Shown: positions 36,871 through 47,779, numbered from the stretch's first letter. The stretch: DNA of 64,000 nt from Oceanispirochaeta sp. (GCA_963663385.2 CAXXXD010000002.1:320001-384000), one strand, 5' to 3'. Notes: a model not told the origin generated them from the letters alone. A program made the numbers and translations.

Positions 36871-37443
36871 ATGGGGTATTTTATTAGTATGCCCTGGTTT
36901 CTTGAAGGAAAATTAAAAGACAACTCGCCCTGGTATATCCCTGTAAACGGCAGCGGATTTACGATCGGGCGGAGCAGCAGCAGCCAGCTGATCCTGAACG
37001 CCGCATCTGTTTCCCGTCTGCACAGTATTATTGTATTTCACCATAATGAACCCTATATACAGGATGGAGGCAGCCGGAACGGGACTTTTGTTAACGGCTG
37101 CCGGATCTCAGGGGAGACTCACCTGAAGGAAGGGGATATCCTCAGCTTCGGTAAAGTGGACTTTATCCTGAAACACCCCGAGGATGAGGAGGATGAATCG
37201 GAAAAGACCATTATCGATGAAGGTTCTGACAGAAAGAGGAAATTTACGGAGATCTTCAATATTTCCGACAGGGAGGAGGAGGTCCTCTTCCTCCTGACAA
37301 AAGGACTCAGCATCAAAGGAATTGGAGAGAAACTGTTTATCTCCCCGGGTACTGTGAAGAACCATGTTTTAAAGATATATGCAAAAACAGGGGCCCATAC
37401 CCGGATTGAACTCTCCACCCTGTATCAGGAATACACCGGCTGA
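36871..37443 (+). CDS. FHA domain - LuxR HTH fusion regulator
   Basis: TIGR...VSRLHS...DGGSRNGTFVNG (FHA); ISDREEEVL..LTKGLSIKGIGEKLFISPGTVKNHVLKIYAK (LuxR); start may be 36889. Confidence 0.88.
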   Translation: MGYFISMPWFLEGKLKDNSPWYIPVNGSGFTIGRSSSSQLILNAASVSRLHSIIVFHHNEPYIQDGGSRNGTFVNGCRISGETHLKEGDILSFGKVDFILKHPEDEEDESEKTIIDEGSDRKRKFTEIFNISDREEEVLFLLTKGLSIKGIGEKLFISPGTVKNHVLKIYAKTGAHTRIELSTLYQEYTG

Positions 37444-37519
37444 TCCCTGTTTCCCCCTGAAACCGGGTGCGGGCCTTTACAGGATAAGCCCGGGGACCCG
37501 CAGTCTGAAGAATCCGCTT

Positions 37520-39808
37520 TCAGGAAACCGGGATGGCAATCCTCCGGGGAACAGAATCTACAGAATACTCCTTCCCGTAATGTTCAATGGTCAAACCTTC
37601 TCCTACCAGAACCGTGTATTCCGTTTCTCCGGGCACCACTTTAACAGACAGCAGAGATGACCCGCAGTGAATCCGGAAGGAGTAGGAGTGCCAGGCTTCC
37701 GGCAGAAGGGGGGAGAACCTTATCATGCCGTCCCAGTGCCGCATCCTGGCAAATCCGTAGGTTAAGCCAATCCAGGACCCTGCCATATTGGCGGCGTGAA
37801 CACCGTCTTTGACATTCCCGTGGAAATCATCCAGATCAGTCCGGGCGGTTTTAACATAGTAATCATAACTTTCTTTCAGTCTTCCGATTTCACTGGCCAT
37901 GCATCCGTATATACAGGGCGAGAGGGATGAATCGTGGGTTGTTATCTTTTCATAATACTCATAATCCCGTATCTTCTGCTCCATTGAGAAACTTCCGCTT
38001 AAAAGAAACTGGGCCAGCACGACATCCGGCTGTTTACAGACCTGATAGCGGTAGAGTACCAGCGGGTGGTAGTGCATCAGGAGGGGGAAACGGGAGCGGG
38101 GCGTGTTTTCAATGTCCCATACAGGTTTCTGCAGAAAACGGTCGTCCTGGGGAGTAATCCCCTTCCGCTCATCATAGGGGAGGTAGATCCGGGAGTAGAT
38201 ATCATCCCAGAGGGTCAACTCGTTTTCTTCTACTTCCAGCCTGTTCAGAGTGTTATTCAGAGTAATACGGGAGGGATCACTGTCAGCCAGTTTTCCAAAA
38301 TCATTCAGGATATCCGCGAAAAACCCCAGCTGGTCCTTAATCATCCGGTTTGTATAGAAGTTGTTGTCAACCAGGGCTGTGTATTCGTCTGGACCCGTTA
38401 CATTCTGAATAGCATAGTGCTCCTCATCCGTATCGAATACGGCCATATCGGCCCACAGGCGGTTGGTTTCTACAAGGAGTTCCAGTCCCTGATTCAGAAG
38501 AAACTCCCTGTCTCCTGTCCCTTCCCAGTATACTTTTACCGCATGGGCCACATCGCTGCTGATGTGGTACTGTGCCGTTCCGGCCGGAAAATAGGAGGAG
38601 CATTCGGGGCCGCTGATAGTTCTCCAGGGGAACAGGGCCCCCCTGGCGTGACCCATCTCCTTAGCCCTGTTTTTCGCCGTATCCAGAATCCCGTATCTGT
38701 ACTCAAGGAGTTTGCGGGCGACTGCCGGGTTGGTAAAGGTAAAAAAGGGGATCATATAGATTTCCGTGTCCCAGAAATAGTGACCTTCGTAACCCTCTCC
38801 GGTCATCCCTTTGGCAGCTATATTGGTCCTGCCGTCTTTTCCTACCGACTGGAGAAGATGGAACATATTGAATCGGATCCCCTGCTGCATCTTTTCATCG
38901 CCGTCGATACAGATATCCATGTTTTTCCAGGCATCGGACCACCAGTCACTGTGTTCCTGTTTCAGGGTTTCATAGGACTTCTTCAGCAGGGAATCCAGCT
39001 CTTCGGGACGTGCCGTGTCATCTCTGCGGTACCAGATGTATTTGTATAGAGTCAGGGATTCTCCTGCTTCCAGTTCAGTTTCCCAGGTCAACCCCGAAAA
39101 GTCCCCATCATCCAGAGCCGTCTCCTGCAGTTTTTCCGTACTCTCGAGTTTATGGCTTATAAGGCTGCTGAAGTCTAAACCGGAATGCCGTATTTTACCC
39201 TTCAGGCTGATTGTATTCCCTTTTCTGCTGGTAATCAGTTCTGTAAGAGGATTACCGGAAAACTCGACGCCTATCCTGGGATCATCTTCTTTGCTGAGGT
39301 TCCGGGATTTCAGGTCGTATCCCGAGGCGAGCTTGATCCGGCAGTTTTTATCTGCAGTTATTTTAAAGCGCATGCAGCAAAGATTTTCCCGTACTGATGA
39401 TACAAAACGTTCCGATTCAATCCGGATACTCTTTCCCCCAGACATCCGGCATTCTGCTTTCCGGTATAACAGGGCTGTTTTCATATCCAGAATCCTTTCG
39501 AATTCTGAAGGAGCGTTTTTCTGAAGAGAGAACGCCTGTCCGTCGATTTCAATCATCAGCTTCTTGGGATTGGGTAGATTCACCATGGCCTGACTTGCAG
39601 AGGGGTACCCGGGGAACGTTTCACCATAGCTGAGGGGGTAGGTTTCATAAAACCCGTTCAGGTAGAAACCGTCATGTCCGGAATCTACTCCGCCCTCTTC
39701 AAAACTGCCCCTTACTCCCATATAGCCGTTGCTTAAAGAGAAGAGTGTTTCATATTTCGGGTATTGTGTTATATCCCATCTGTTTTCCTGAATCTGCCAG
39801 GTATTCAT
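37520..39808 (-). CDS. GH65 disaccharide phosphorylase (maltose/kojibiose/trehalose type)
   Basis: ETLFSLSNGYMGVRG, AKGMTGEGYEGHYFWDTE, VTGPDEY, KQPDVV, THDSSLS. Confidence 0.93.
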   Translation of the reverse strand: MNTWQIQENRWDITQYPKYETLFSLSNGYMGVRGSFEEGGVDSGHDGFYLNGFYETYPLSYGETFPGYPSASQAMVNLPNPKKLMIEIDGQAFSLQKNAPSEFERILDMKTALLYRKAECRMSGGKSIRIESERFVSSVRENLCCMRFKITADKNCRIKLASGYDLKSRNLSKEDDPRIGVEFSGNPLTELITSRKGNTISLKGKIRHSGLDFSSLISHKLESTEKLQETALDDGDFSGLTWETELEAGESLTLYKYIWYRRDDTARPEELDSLLKKSYETLKQEHSDWWSDAWKNMDICIDGDEKMQQGIRFNMFHLLQSVGKDGRTNIAAKGMTGEGYEGHYFWDTEIYMIPFFTFTNPAVARKLLEYRYGILDTAKNRAKEMGHARGALFPWRTISGPECSSYFPAGTAQYHISSDVAHAVKVYWEGTGDREFLLNQGLELLVETNRLWADMAVFDTDEEHYAIQNVTGPDEYTALVDNNFYTNRMIKDQLGFFADILNDFGKLADSDPSRITLNNTLNRLEVEENELTLWDDIYSRIYLPYDERKGITPQDDRFLQKPVWDIENTPRSRFPLLMHYHPLVLYRYQVCKQPDVVLAQFLLSGSFSMEQKIRDYEYYEKITTHDSSLSPCIYGCMASEIGRLKESYDYYVKTARTDLDDFHGNVKDGVHAANMAGSWIGLTYGFARMRHWDGMIRFSPLLPEAWHSYSFRIHCGSSLLSVKVVPGETEYTVLVGEGLTIEHYGKEYSVDSVPRRIAIPVS

Positions 39809-39962
39809 AATCGTCTCCATTATCTTATATAAAATCATTATCCGGATTATTTAAGGCAGGAGGATTATCAGGGGTATACCTATTTATAGCTACAGACCAG
39901 GTGAATAGTCAAGTTTGATTCCTTCCATTATTGACTTTTCATATGTCTGGTGATATGTTTGC

Positions 39963-39980
39963 TTTGCACACGGTTGCAAA
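39963..39980. promoter_or_regulatory. LacI-type operator upstream of GH65
   Basis: TTTGCACACGGTTGCAAA, a palindrome with central CG. Confidence 0.5.
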
Positions 39981-40089
39981 AAAATGGGTTTGTTTAAAAT
40001 GCAGAGGGTATCAGGGGTGATATTCTGTCTTTTTCAATAAGTCCGGAGACTCTTCCCGCAGAGGCGAATAAGGCCTATACTTGGTTCTC

Positions 40090-41478
40090 ATGAATAATCC
40101 GAAGCCCTTCTCGGTAATCCTGAAAAAAGTCTTTTTCCTCGGCTTTCCTCTATTGTTCGGGCAGTTGACACACTACTTTCACCAGATAGCCGACTCGGCC
40201 ATGATGGGGCATTTCGGCAGCGGCAGCAACGAACTGGCCGCCATCGGTATTGCCGGACTTTTCGCCTGGATTCTCAATACTTTCCTATGGCCCCTCTCTT
40301 CAGGTGTGCAGGCGATTACCGCCCGACGCTATGGAAAGCAGGATCATGGTATAGATACCCACCGCCATTTTACAGGGGAAGCTCTGGACAACGGGATTGT
40401 GATTACCCTGTATGCGGCTCTGCTCGCTACGATTCTGAGTTTTCTGGCCCGGCCGATACTGTCCTTTCTGATTGAAACGGAAGAGATCCTTGAGTTGGCT
40501 CTGCAGTATATCCGCATCATCCGTTTTTCCCTGATCCCCACGGGACTGTACTTTGTTATGCAGGGATTTTTCGGGGCTGTCAATCAGACAAAATATGTTA
40601 TGTATTCGGGTGTTCTCAGTAATCTGGTGAATATCCTGCTGAACTGGATTTTTATTTTTGGAAAGTTCGGGCTGCCGGCTCTGGGGATACGGGGGGCCGC
40701 CCTGGGAACAGCTTTCTCCTTTCTGATATCTTTTCTTTTTCTGCTGATTATTATGCTGAAGCGGCACTATATCCGGCAGTACAGGTTATTTCATTTTGAC
40801 CGGCTTCAGGCTGCCATACAAAAGGATCTTCTAAAGGTCGCTCTTCCTCCGGGAATACAGAATGTGATTGCCCTGACTATTTTTATGGTTTACCAGGCGA
40901 TTATCGAAAATTACTCTACCGTTTACCTGGCGGCCACTCACAGCATCTTTGCCTACTTCCGCCTGAACAAGACTCTCATAAGCGGATTTGCCCGTTCCGC
41001 CGGCATTCTGGCGGGGAATGCCCTGGGAAGGCAGGATAAGGAGGAGGCTCAGAGCCTGATAACAGCGGCCGGCTGCATATCCGCCCTGGTAGCCGTTTCG
41101 GTTTGTATCTTTTCCTTCTTCGGGCGGGATTTTGTAGCAGGGATGTTTACCAGTTCACCGGAGACAAGTATTGTTATTGCTCAGGCCCTCCTCTTCTTCA
41201 TGCCCTTCTATTTTATAGAAGCTCTGGGGTATGCCTTTGAAATGGTGTTTATTCCCAACGGATACGGAAAGTGGGTTCTTATAAGCGAGACCTCAACCAA
41301 TCTTCTTTTTATTCTGGGGATGACCCTGGTAATGAGTACTCTCTTTCCCGGGCAGATCCGTCTGGCCTGGCTCAGCTTCGGCTGCTATCAGGTAGGACAT
41401 GCAGGCTTGATGATAACGGGGTATTTCCGGAAAAAATGGCTTCTTGTGAAGGTGGATTCGGCCGACTCCATTGCATAG
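40090..41478 (+). CDS. MATE-family efflux transporter
   Basis: ADSAMMGH..ELAAIG, NILLNWIFIFGKFGLPALGIRGAALGT. Confidence 0.92.
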   Translation: MNNPKPFSVILKKVFFLGFPLLFGQLTHYFHQIADSAMMGHFGSGSNELAAIGIAGLFAWILNTFLWPLSSGVQAITARRYGKQDHGIDTHRHFTGEALDNGIVITLYAALLATILSFLARPILSFLIETEEILELALQYIRIIRFSLIPTGLYFVMQGFFGAVNQTKYVMYSGVLSNLVNILLNWIFIFGKFGLPALGIRGAALGTAFSFLISFLFLLIIMLKRHYIRQYRLFHFDRLQAAIQKDLLKVALPPGIQNVIALTIFMVYQAIIENYSTVYLAATHSIFAYFRLNKTLISGFARSAGILAGNALGRQDKEEAQSLITAAGCISALVAVSVCIFSFFGRDFVAGMFTSSPETSIVIAQALLFFMPFYFIEALGYAFEMVFIPNGYGKWVLISETSTNLLFILGMTLVMSTLFPGQIRLAWLSFGCYQVGHAGLMITGYFRKKWLLVKVDSADSIA

Positions 41479-41505
41479 GGGGCGAATTCCCGGTAGGGTA
41501 AAACC

Positions 41506-42249
41506 ATGTCAGAATTAGTATACGAAGTCAATCAGTTTAACGGGGCCATTATAGATGCGGGATCCCTGCCTGAGGAGGCAGCCGATTTTAAGGAGCTTTT
41601 GGGCAATACAATCAATAAGTTGAAAAAAGAGGAACGGAACACCCTCTGGATTAATATGCCTATTGAAAAAGCCGCCTATGTTCCCATTGCGGTTGATGCG
41701 GGATTTCAGTATCATCATGCGGATGCCGAAAACGTGGAGATGGTTTTAAAGCTCCATCCGGGCGCCTTTATCCCCGCCTATGCCACCCATTATATCGGAG
41801 CGGGCGGCGTTATTCTGGATGAACAGAACCGTATACTTGTTATTCAGGAACGTTTTCATACACGGAAGCATTACAAGCTCCCCGGCGGCGCTCTTGATCC
41901 GGGAGAACACATCTCCGACGCTGTTGTACGGGAAGTGTATGAGGAGACCGGGATCAGAACCGAGTTTCAGTACCTCAGCTGTTTCCGCCACTGGCACGGT
42001 TACCGTTACGGTAAATCGGATATCTACTTTGTCTGCCGGCTGAAGCCTCTCACATTTGAACTGAAACTGGATCCTCAGGAGATTTCCGCCGGTGTCTGGA
42101 TGCCCGTTGAGGAGTACCTGAATCATCCCGATACGCACCCCTTCAACCGGAAAATCGTCCGGACCGTACTGACAGGGAAGGGCTTGTCCCGGGAAGATAT
42201 CCCCGGTTACGGGTCCGATGAAACCCACGAAATGATGTTTGTGATGTAA
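41506..42249 (+). CDS. Nudix hydrolase (NUDT6-like)
   Basis: Nudix box GGALDPGEHISDAVVREVYEETGI; N-terminal LWI...GFQYHHA domain. Confidence 0.9.
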   Translation: MSELVYEVNQFNGAIIDAGSLPEEAADFKELLGNTINKLKKEERNTLWINMPIEKAAYVPIAVDAGFQYHHADAENVEMVLKLHPGAFIPAYATHYIGAGGVILDEQNRILVIQERFHTRKHYKLPGGALDPGEHISDAVVREVYEETGIRTEFQYLSCFRHWHGYRYGKSDIYFVCRLKPLTFELKLDPQEISAGVWMPVEEYLNHPDTHPFNRKIVRTVLTGKGLSREDIPGYGSDETHEMMFVM

Positions 42250-42340
42250 GGAGTCCAGTCATTGCAGCTGAGCTGTATTATCTGGCGCTTTATTTCTAAT
42301 TGTTGACGGAAAGGAAGAATTGGTTCTATCCTTGTGAGGT

Positions 42341-43534
42341 ATGGCAAGGACAACGGCAACACTTATTAACCATCAGAATAAAATCACTATCCTTAACCTG
42401 ATTCGGCAGCAGGGAACCATCTCCCGGGCCAGACTGGCCAGGATCAGCGGGATGAGTGCTCCTACGGTAACCAGAATTGTAGACAGCCTGATACACTCTG
42501 AGCGGCTGGTCCGGGAGGCGGGGGAAGGAAACTCCAGCGGGGGACGCCGTCCCAACCTTGTGACATTTAATGGTGAAGAGCATTTCGTTATCGGTATAGA
42601 TCTTTCTCCGCGTTTTATTACAGCTGTCCTGACAGATTTGAACAGTCGGGTTCTTGTCTCAGAACGTCAGGCAACAAATCCCGATGATGGTTTTGAGACG
42701 ATTATAAAGAGAGTGGCTGAACTCATCCGCAAGCTTATAGGAGTATCCGGCCTGGACGAAGAGAAGATTATCGGTGTGGGAATGGGGATTGCCGGTTTTA
42801 TCAATGTCCATGAAAACATTGTTCTTACTTCTCCAAACTTCGGATGGGAGCGTGTTCATCCTGATGAAGAGCTGAAAAAATATTTGGGTTATCCAATTGT
42901 CTATGATAACCTGACCAGGGTTATGGCCCTGGGAGAACTCCATTACGGAGCAGGGGAACGGTTTGATAATTTTATCTGTCTCAAACTGGGAATGGGCCTG
43001 GGATCCGGTGTTATTCTGGACCGTAAACCGTTTTTCGGAGCCCATGGATACGGCAGTGAAGCGGGGCATACCATCATTCAGGCTGATAGTCTCTACCGCT
43101 GTAAATGCGGCAATAACGGTTGTTTTGAAGCCCTGGTTTCGGGGCAGTACATTCTGAAAAAAATCGAGACTCTGATCACATCTGATGAACTTGCAGAGCT
43201 GAATGACAGTATTGATCCGCTCGAAGCTGCCATTGACATGATTGCTTCAGACCCCGGGCGCTTCTCTCTCCTTCTGGGTGAGCTGACGGAAAACCTCTCC
43301 CTGGGTATAACCAACCTGATTCACTCCTATGATCCGGAAGCTATCGTGCTGGGTGGAGTAATCGCCGAACTGGGAGAACTGCTTATGGCTCCGGTAAGGG
43401 AGCGGGTTCGTAATCTGGTTGTACCTCACTTTCAAACGGAATGCGAAATTCTAAAAGTGTCGGCTGGTGAGCAATCTGTTGCCATGGGGGCTGTTGCGTT
43501 AATGCTGGAGCAGGTTCTCAATCTGAATATTTGA
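42341..43534 (+). CDS. ROK-family transcriptional regulator
   Basis: ISRARLARISGMSAPTVTRIV HTH, SSGGRRP, EAGH...CKCGNNGCFE. Confidence 0.93.
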   Translation: MARTTATLINHQNKITILNLIRQQGTISRARLARISGMSAPTVTRIVDSLIHSERLVREAGEGNSSGGRRPNLVTFNGEEHFVIGIDLSPRFITAVLTDLNSRVLVSERQATNPDDGFETIIKRVAELIRKLIGVSGLDEEKIIGVGMGIAGFINVHENIVLTSPNFGWERVHPDEELKKYLGYPIVYDNLTRVMALGELHYGAGERFDNFICLKLGMGLGSGVILDRKPFFGAHGYGSEAGHTIIQADSLYRCKCGNNGCFEALVSGQYILKKIETLITSDELAELNDSIDPLEAAIDMIASDPGRFSLLLGELTENLSLGITNLIHSYDPEAIVLGGVIAELGELLMAPVRERVRNLVVPHFQTECEILKVSAGEQSVAMGAVALMLEQVLNLNI

Positions 43535-43671
43535 TGCAATAGTGATCTTAGTTTATCTTCCTATGTAAACAGGTAAAAGATATTTTACAAAACTATCTTT
43601 CAAACTGTTAAAAAGTATGTTGACAGTTCAAAAAAAGCGGCATACTATTACACATATCTAAAAGGATTATT

Positions 43672-45120
43672 ATGAAGATGAATCAGAACAGTATACTTTT
43701 TATATCCATGGATCAGCTGTCCCTTCATGCGCTGAGCTGCTACAGCTCCTACCTGTGCGAAACCCCGGCAATCGATTCATTGGCGGATGACGGCGTGCGC
43801 TTTACAAAGTGTTATACTCCCTGCGCTCTCTGCACCCCGGCCAGAGCCAGTATCCTTTCCGGACTTTACCCCCATAATCATGGGGCCCTTCATAATTCGG
43901 GGATCATGATTCCCCTGGATGAGAACGAGATCGGCGGAAGACTGGAGCTTTTTCCGGAAGTTCTCAGAGGGAAAGGCTATAATCTGGGGTACCAGGGGAA
44001 ATGGCATGCGGGTGTTGCTCCGACAGCAAATGATGCGGGATTTGAGGGGTTCGGTCCGGCAGATTACGGGCATTACAAGGAATCTGCCAACTATGCGCCC
44101 TACCTGAAAAAGAACGGTTTGGAGCCTGTTGAAGAGGTTATAGAGTTTTATGCCCAATCGGAAGATAACTGGATGGACTCCTCCGGTTTTACACGGGGGG
44201 ATATAAGGGCAACAGGCAGCTACTTTCTGACAGAAGAGACGATCCGGCAGTTGGAAGAGCTTACCGGTCAGGAAAGACCTTTTTTTCACTGGCTCAGCTT
44301 CTGGGGCCCTCATGCACCCTACTGGCCCCATGAGAAGTTTCTGGACTACTTCCCTCCGGAGAAGGTTCGGAAATGGGCCTCTTTTGAGGAGTCCTGGGAG
44401 AAAAAGCCCCTTGCTTACCGCCGCTTCCGGGAATCTGTGATGCCCCGGGCCACCAGGGCAGACTGGGAGGAGTGGAGCCGGATTATATCCCGCTACTACG
44501 CTCAGACCCGTATGATCGATGATCAGATTGGCCGGCTGTTTACAAGGTTGAAAGAGATGGGTATCTATGACGAATTGACCATTGTGTTTACGGCTGATCA
44601 TGGGGATTCTCTCGGTATTCACGGAGGTATTTTTGATAAGGGTCCCATGGCTTTTGAACAGATTTACAATATCCCCCTTATTATCAAACTTCCCGGTGGA
44701 AAAAGGGCTGGGGAAACAATCGACTCCTATGTTTCTCTACTGGACCTGGCCCCTACTTTCTGTTCAATTGCAGAAGGTTGTATGAAGGGAAGCGATGGGA
44801 AATCCCTCCTTTCATTACTGAATGGCTCAACAGACGAATTACGGGATGACTTCCTGGCAGAATTTCACGGGCACCGATTCCCTGTGGGGCAGAGAATCGT
44901 CTGGTGGAAGGACTATAAATACGTATTGAACTTTGCCGACAGGGATGAGATGTACCATGTGAAGGATGACCCTGAGGAAATGAATAATCTTATCGATGAT
45001 GAGAGTGTTCCCGAAATCCGGCAGGAGCTCCGAACAAGGATGCTGAGAAATCTCGAAGAGTCAGGGGATAATCTTCATCCCCAGGCTTACCGGCTTCTCA
45101 GTCACCCGGAGGTGGTGTAA
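43672..45120 (+). CDS. Cys-type (formylglycine) sulfatase, cytoplasmic
   Basis: ILFISMDQ, CTPARASILSG, GKWH, FTADHGD; no signal peptide. Confidence 0.93.
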   Translation: MKMNQNSILFISMDQLSLHALSCYSSYLCETPAIDSLADDGVRFTKCYTPCALCTPARASILSGLYPHNHGALHNSGIMIPLDENEIGGRLELFPEVLRGKGYNLGYQGKWHAGVAPTANDAGFEGFGPADYGHYKESANYAPYLKKNGLEPVEEVIEFYAQSEDNWMDSSGFTRGDIRATGSYFLTEETIRQLEELTGQERPFFHWLSFWGPHAPYWPHEKFLDYFPPEKVRKWASFEESWEKKPLAYRRFRESVMPRATRADWEEWSRIISRYYAQTRMIDDQIGRLFTRLKEMGIYDELTIVFTADHGDSLGIHGGIFDKGPMAFEQIYNIPLIIKLPGGKRAGETIDSYVSLLDLAPTFCSIAEGCMKGSDGKSLLSLLNGSTDELRDDFLAEFHGHRFPVGQRIVWWKDYKYVLNFADRDEMYHVKDDPEEMNNLIDDESVPEIRQELRTRMLRNLEESGDNLHPQAYRLLSHPEVV

Positions 45121-45122
45121 GC

Positions 45123-45476
45123 ATGGCTATATACTGCCGGATGATCCGGGTTAAACCGGAGAATAGAGAAGAGTACGTCCGTTTGCATCAGAATCCCAGA
45201 CAGGAAGTACGGGATGTCATGATTGCCAGCGGCATAACCAGACATGCCATTTTTAACAAGGAAAATCTTCTGGTCTCCGTATTTGAGTATGAGGGATCGG
45301 ATTTCGAAGCTGATATGAAAGCTGTTGGTGATCATCCGGCTACAAAGGTATGGTGGGAGATAATAAACCCTATGCAGGAGCCCATGGAAAACAGGTCTCC
45401 CGGCGAATGGTGGACCATGTTTGAGCCGGTAACGGCATACGGTTGGGAAATATCAGAAACAGGCGGTAATAAATGA
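45123..45476 (+). CDS. L-rhamnose mutarotase-family protein
   Basis: EEYVRLH, FEYEGSDFEADM, WWEIINPMQEP...EWW. Confidence 0.85.
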   Translation: MAIYCRMIRVKPENREEYVRLHQNPRQEVRDVMIASGITRHAIFNKENLLVSVFEYEGSDFEADMKAVGDHPATKVWWEIINPMQEPMENRSPGEWWTMFEPVTAYGWEISETGGNK

Positions 45477-46312
45477 TTAAAACAATCCACAGGAAAACAG
45501 CTAAACTGCAGGCATATATCATACTGATTATCAGTGCTGTTCTGGTCCTTTTTCCCGTGATATGGATGATCTCGGTCTCAATCAGGCCCAATAATCAGGT
45601 TTTCGAGTTCCCTGCCAGGTTTATTCCAGGAACATTTACGGGAGAAGCGTATATTAACGTTCTTACCAACAGCCGCTACCTGAACTACTTTCTGAACAGT
45701 TATATAATCGGCTGTGTTGTAACTGTTATTTCGACTGTCATCGGTATTATGGCCGGTTACGGACTCTCCCGTTATCAGTTCCATGGCCGTAAGGTATTCA
45801 GTATGTTTGTTGTGGCTACGCAAACCGTACCGAAGGTGGCTTTGCTGATCCCGTTTTTTATCATGATGACCAGGCTGCATCTCTACAATACACGATTCGG
45901 ACTGATTCTGACTTATACCTCATTTGCTCTGCCCTATGCGGTGGTGATGATGCAGGGGTATTTCAATTCAGTTTCTACAGAACTGGATGAAGCGGCTCTG
46001 ATAGACGGGCTTCACCGCTTCAGAATCCTCTGGCAGGTTATTGTGCCTGTTACAATTCCGGCCATCATTTCCACAATGATCTATACTTTTATCCTTTCCT
46101 GGAACGAGTTTATTTTTGTGATGACTCTGATTCAGGATGATGCCCTCAGAACCATCCCTGTCGGGATTGCCATGATGAAAGGAGAGACAACCTATCAGTG
46201 GAATATGATGATGGCCATGTCCCTTGTCGGTACACTGCCAGTTCTGATTTTCTATCTGATAGGGCAGAAGTATTTTATATCCGGACTTTCTGAAGGTTCT
46301 GTCAAAGGATAG
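45473..46312 (+). CDS. Carbohydrate ABC permease (MalG-like)
   Basis: LDEAALIDG, SWNEF, GLSEGSVKG. Confidence 0.92.
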   Translation: MIKTIHRKTAKLQAYIILIISAVLVLFPVIWMISVSIRPNNQVFEFPARFIPGTFTGEAYINVLTNSRYLNYFLNSYIIGCVVTVISTVIGIMAGYGLSRYQFHGRKVFSMFVVATQTVPKVALLIPFFIMMTRLHLYNTRFGLILTYTSFALPYAVVMMQGYFNSVSTELDEAALIDGLHRFRILWQVIVPVTIPAIISTMIYTFILSWNEFIFVMTLIQDDALRTIPVGIAMMKGETTYQWNMMMAMSLVGTLPVLIFYLIGQKYFISGLSEGSVKG

Positions 46313-46424
46313 GACCAGGCATTTGCAGGATGGCGGCAGCAGCATTCATTGCTGTCCGGGCCGATCTTATCGGCATTTAACTGGAACCAGGCAAAGTGGA
46401 ATTTGCTAAAAAAGGAGAGGCAAT

Positions 46425-47699
46425 ATGAAAAAAATTATTTTTATTCTGTTCTCGATTATGCTGGCGGGAGCTCCCGTTGTGGCAGGGGGACAAAGTGAAA
46501 GCGGCGCGGAGAGTGGACCGGTAACCATTGAGTTTCTGCAGTGGTGGGGTACCGAAGGGGATGTAGGACCTTCTCTTGAAGGTCTGGTGGCTGATTTTGA
46601 AAAGGAAAATCCCGATATCAAAGTCAAACTGGTCTCCCTGCCTTTCGGGGACACCCAGAAGCTGATTGTGGCAAACCATGCCGCCGGTATCATTGCTGAT
46701 GTGGTGGGACTGAACCCTCCCTGGACAAGAGAGTTTGTCGATATGGGCATTCTGGAGCCATTGGATGATTATATGGCCAATGATCCGGTGTTCAACAGGG
46801 AGGATTACTTTCCCGCTTCCATGGCTCCAATAAAGGGCAAGACCTACCTTGCCCCCTATAACACCCTCAGTTTCTTCCTCTATTACAATAAGGATCTGTT
46901 TGCTGCAGCAGGACTTGATGCACCGGAGAATTGGGCTGAAATTGTCAGCGCTGCCAAAGCCGCAACCGATGTGAACGCCAATAAATACGGATTTACACTG
47001 TCCCTGAGTGAAGGCGGGGCGTCCAATGGTTCCATCTTGTCTCTCTATCCTCTCCTTTATGCCGCTAACGGCCGGACTCTGGTGGATGGAAAATACTCCT
47101 GCCAGACTGATGAAATGAAGGCAGCCATGGAGCTGATCAGTGAATTGAGTCAGGACGGGTCAATTGTTCCCGGCGAAACTGTTAAAAATGGCGCCATGAT
47201 GATAGAGGAATTTTCCCTGGGAAATATTGCCATGATGATTCAGAATGATGCTCATGTGGCGACTCTTGCTGTAAAAAATCCCGATCTGAACTATGGCATT
47301 ATTCCAATTCCGACTATCGACGGAAGCGGAAGCCCTGAACTCAGGCATCATGGCTGGGATCTGGGACTTACGTCAAAAGGCAAAAACAAGGATGCGGCCT
47401 GGAAGTTTATCTCCTTCCTGCTCAGAAAGGACAATATGGTCCGCGCAGGAATCGAAATGAAGAAAACACCCTCAATGTACGGTCTGACCCCACCTGCAAA
47501 TGCTTCGGAACCGGAAAAACTGGCTCTTCAGTATCTTTCTGAATACAATTTAGTGGAAGAACTGATGAAGATGCCTTCGGCCGGAGCCTGCTGGTCTGAG
47601 CTGACTAAGGCAGGTGTCAAGGTCCTTTCCGGTTTTTCCACTACAGAAGATGCTCTGGCCGAGTGTCAGAAAGAGTGGGACAGAATACTGGGACAGTAA
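46425..47699 (+). CDS. Sugar ABC substrate-binding protein
   Basis: Signal peptide ..VAGGQSE; FEKENPDIKV, LYYNKDLF, KDAAWKFISFL. Confidence 0.93.
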   Translation: MKKIIFILFSIMLAGAPVVAGGQSESGAESGPVTIEFLQWWGTEGDVGPSLEGLVADFEKENPDIKVKLVSLPFGDTQKLIVANHAAGIIADVVGLNPPWTREFVDMGILEPLDDYMANDPVFNREDYFPASMAPIKGKTYLAPYNTLSFFLYYNKDLFAAAGLDAPENWAEIVSAAKAATDVNANKYGFTLSLSEGGASNGSILSLYPLLYAANGRTLVDGKYSCQTDEMKAAMELISELSQDGSIVPGETVKNGAMMIEEFSLGNIAMMIQNDAHVATLAVKNPDLNYGIIPIPTIDGSGSPELRHHGWDLGLTSKGKNKDAAWKFISFLLRKDNMVRAGIEMKKTPSMYGLTPPANASEPEKLALQYLSEYNLVEELMKMPSAGACWSELTKAGVKVLSGFSTTEDALAECQKEWDRILGQ

Positions 47700-47779
47700 A
47701 TATATATAAGTAAAAATAAAAAAAACGAATGGCTGGTGAAATATTTTCATCAGCCATTCTATCAGGGGAAAGGTACGGG

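Noticed and set aside
1379..39808. A single osmoadaptation super-cluster (kamA, mtlD, DAC, MggS-like, GH65)
   Set aside because: The genes are spread over 38 kb under separate regulators with no shared motif, so the shared theme is insufficient evidence
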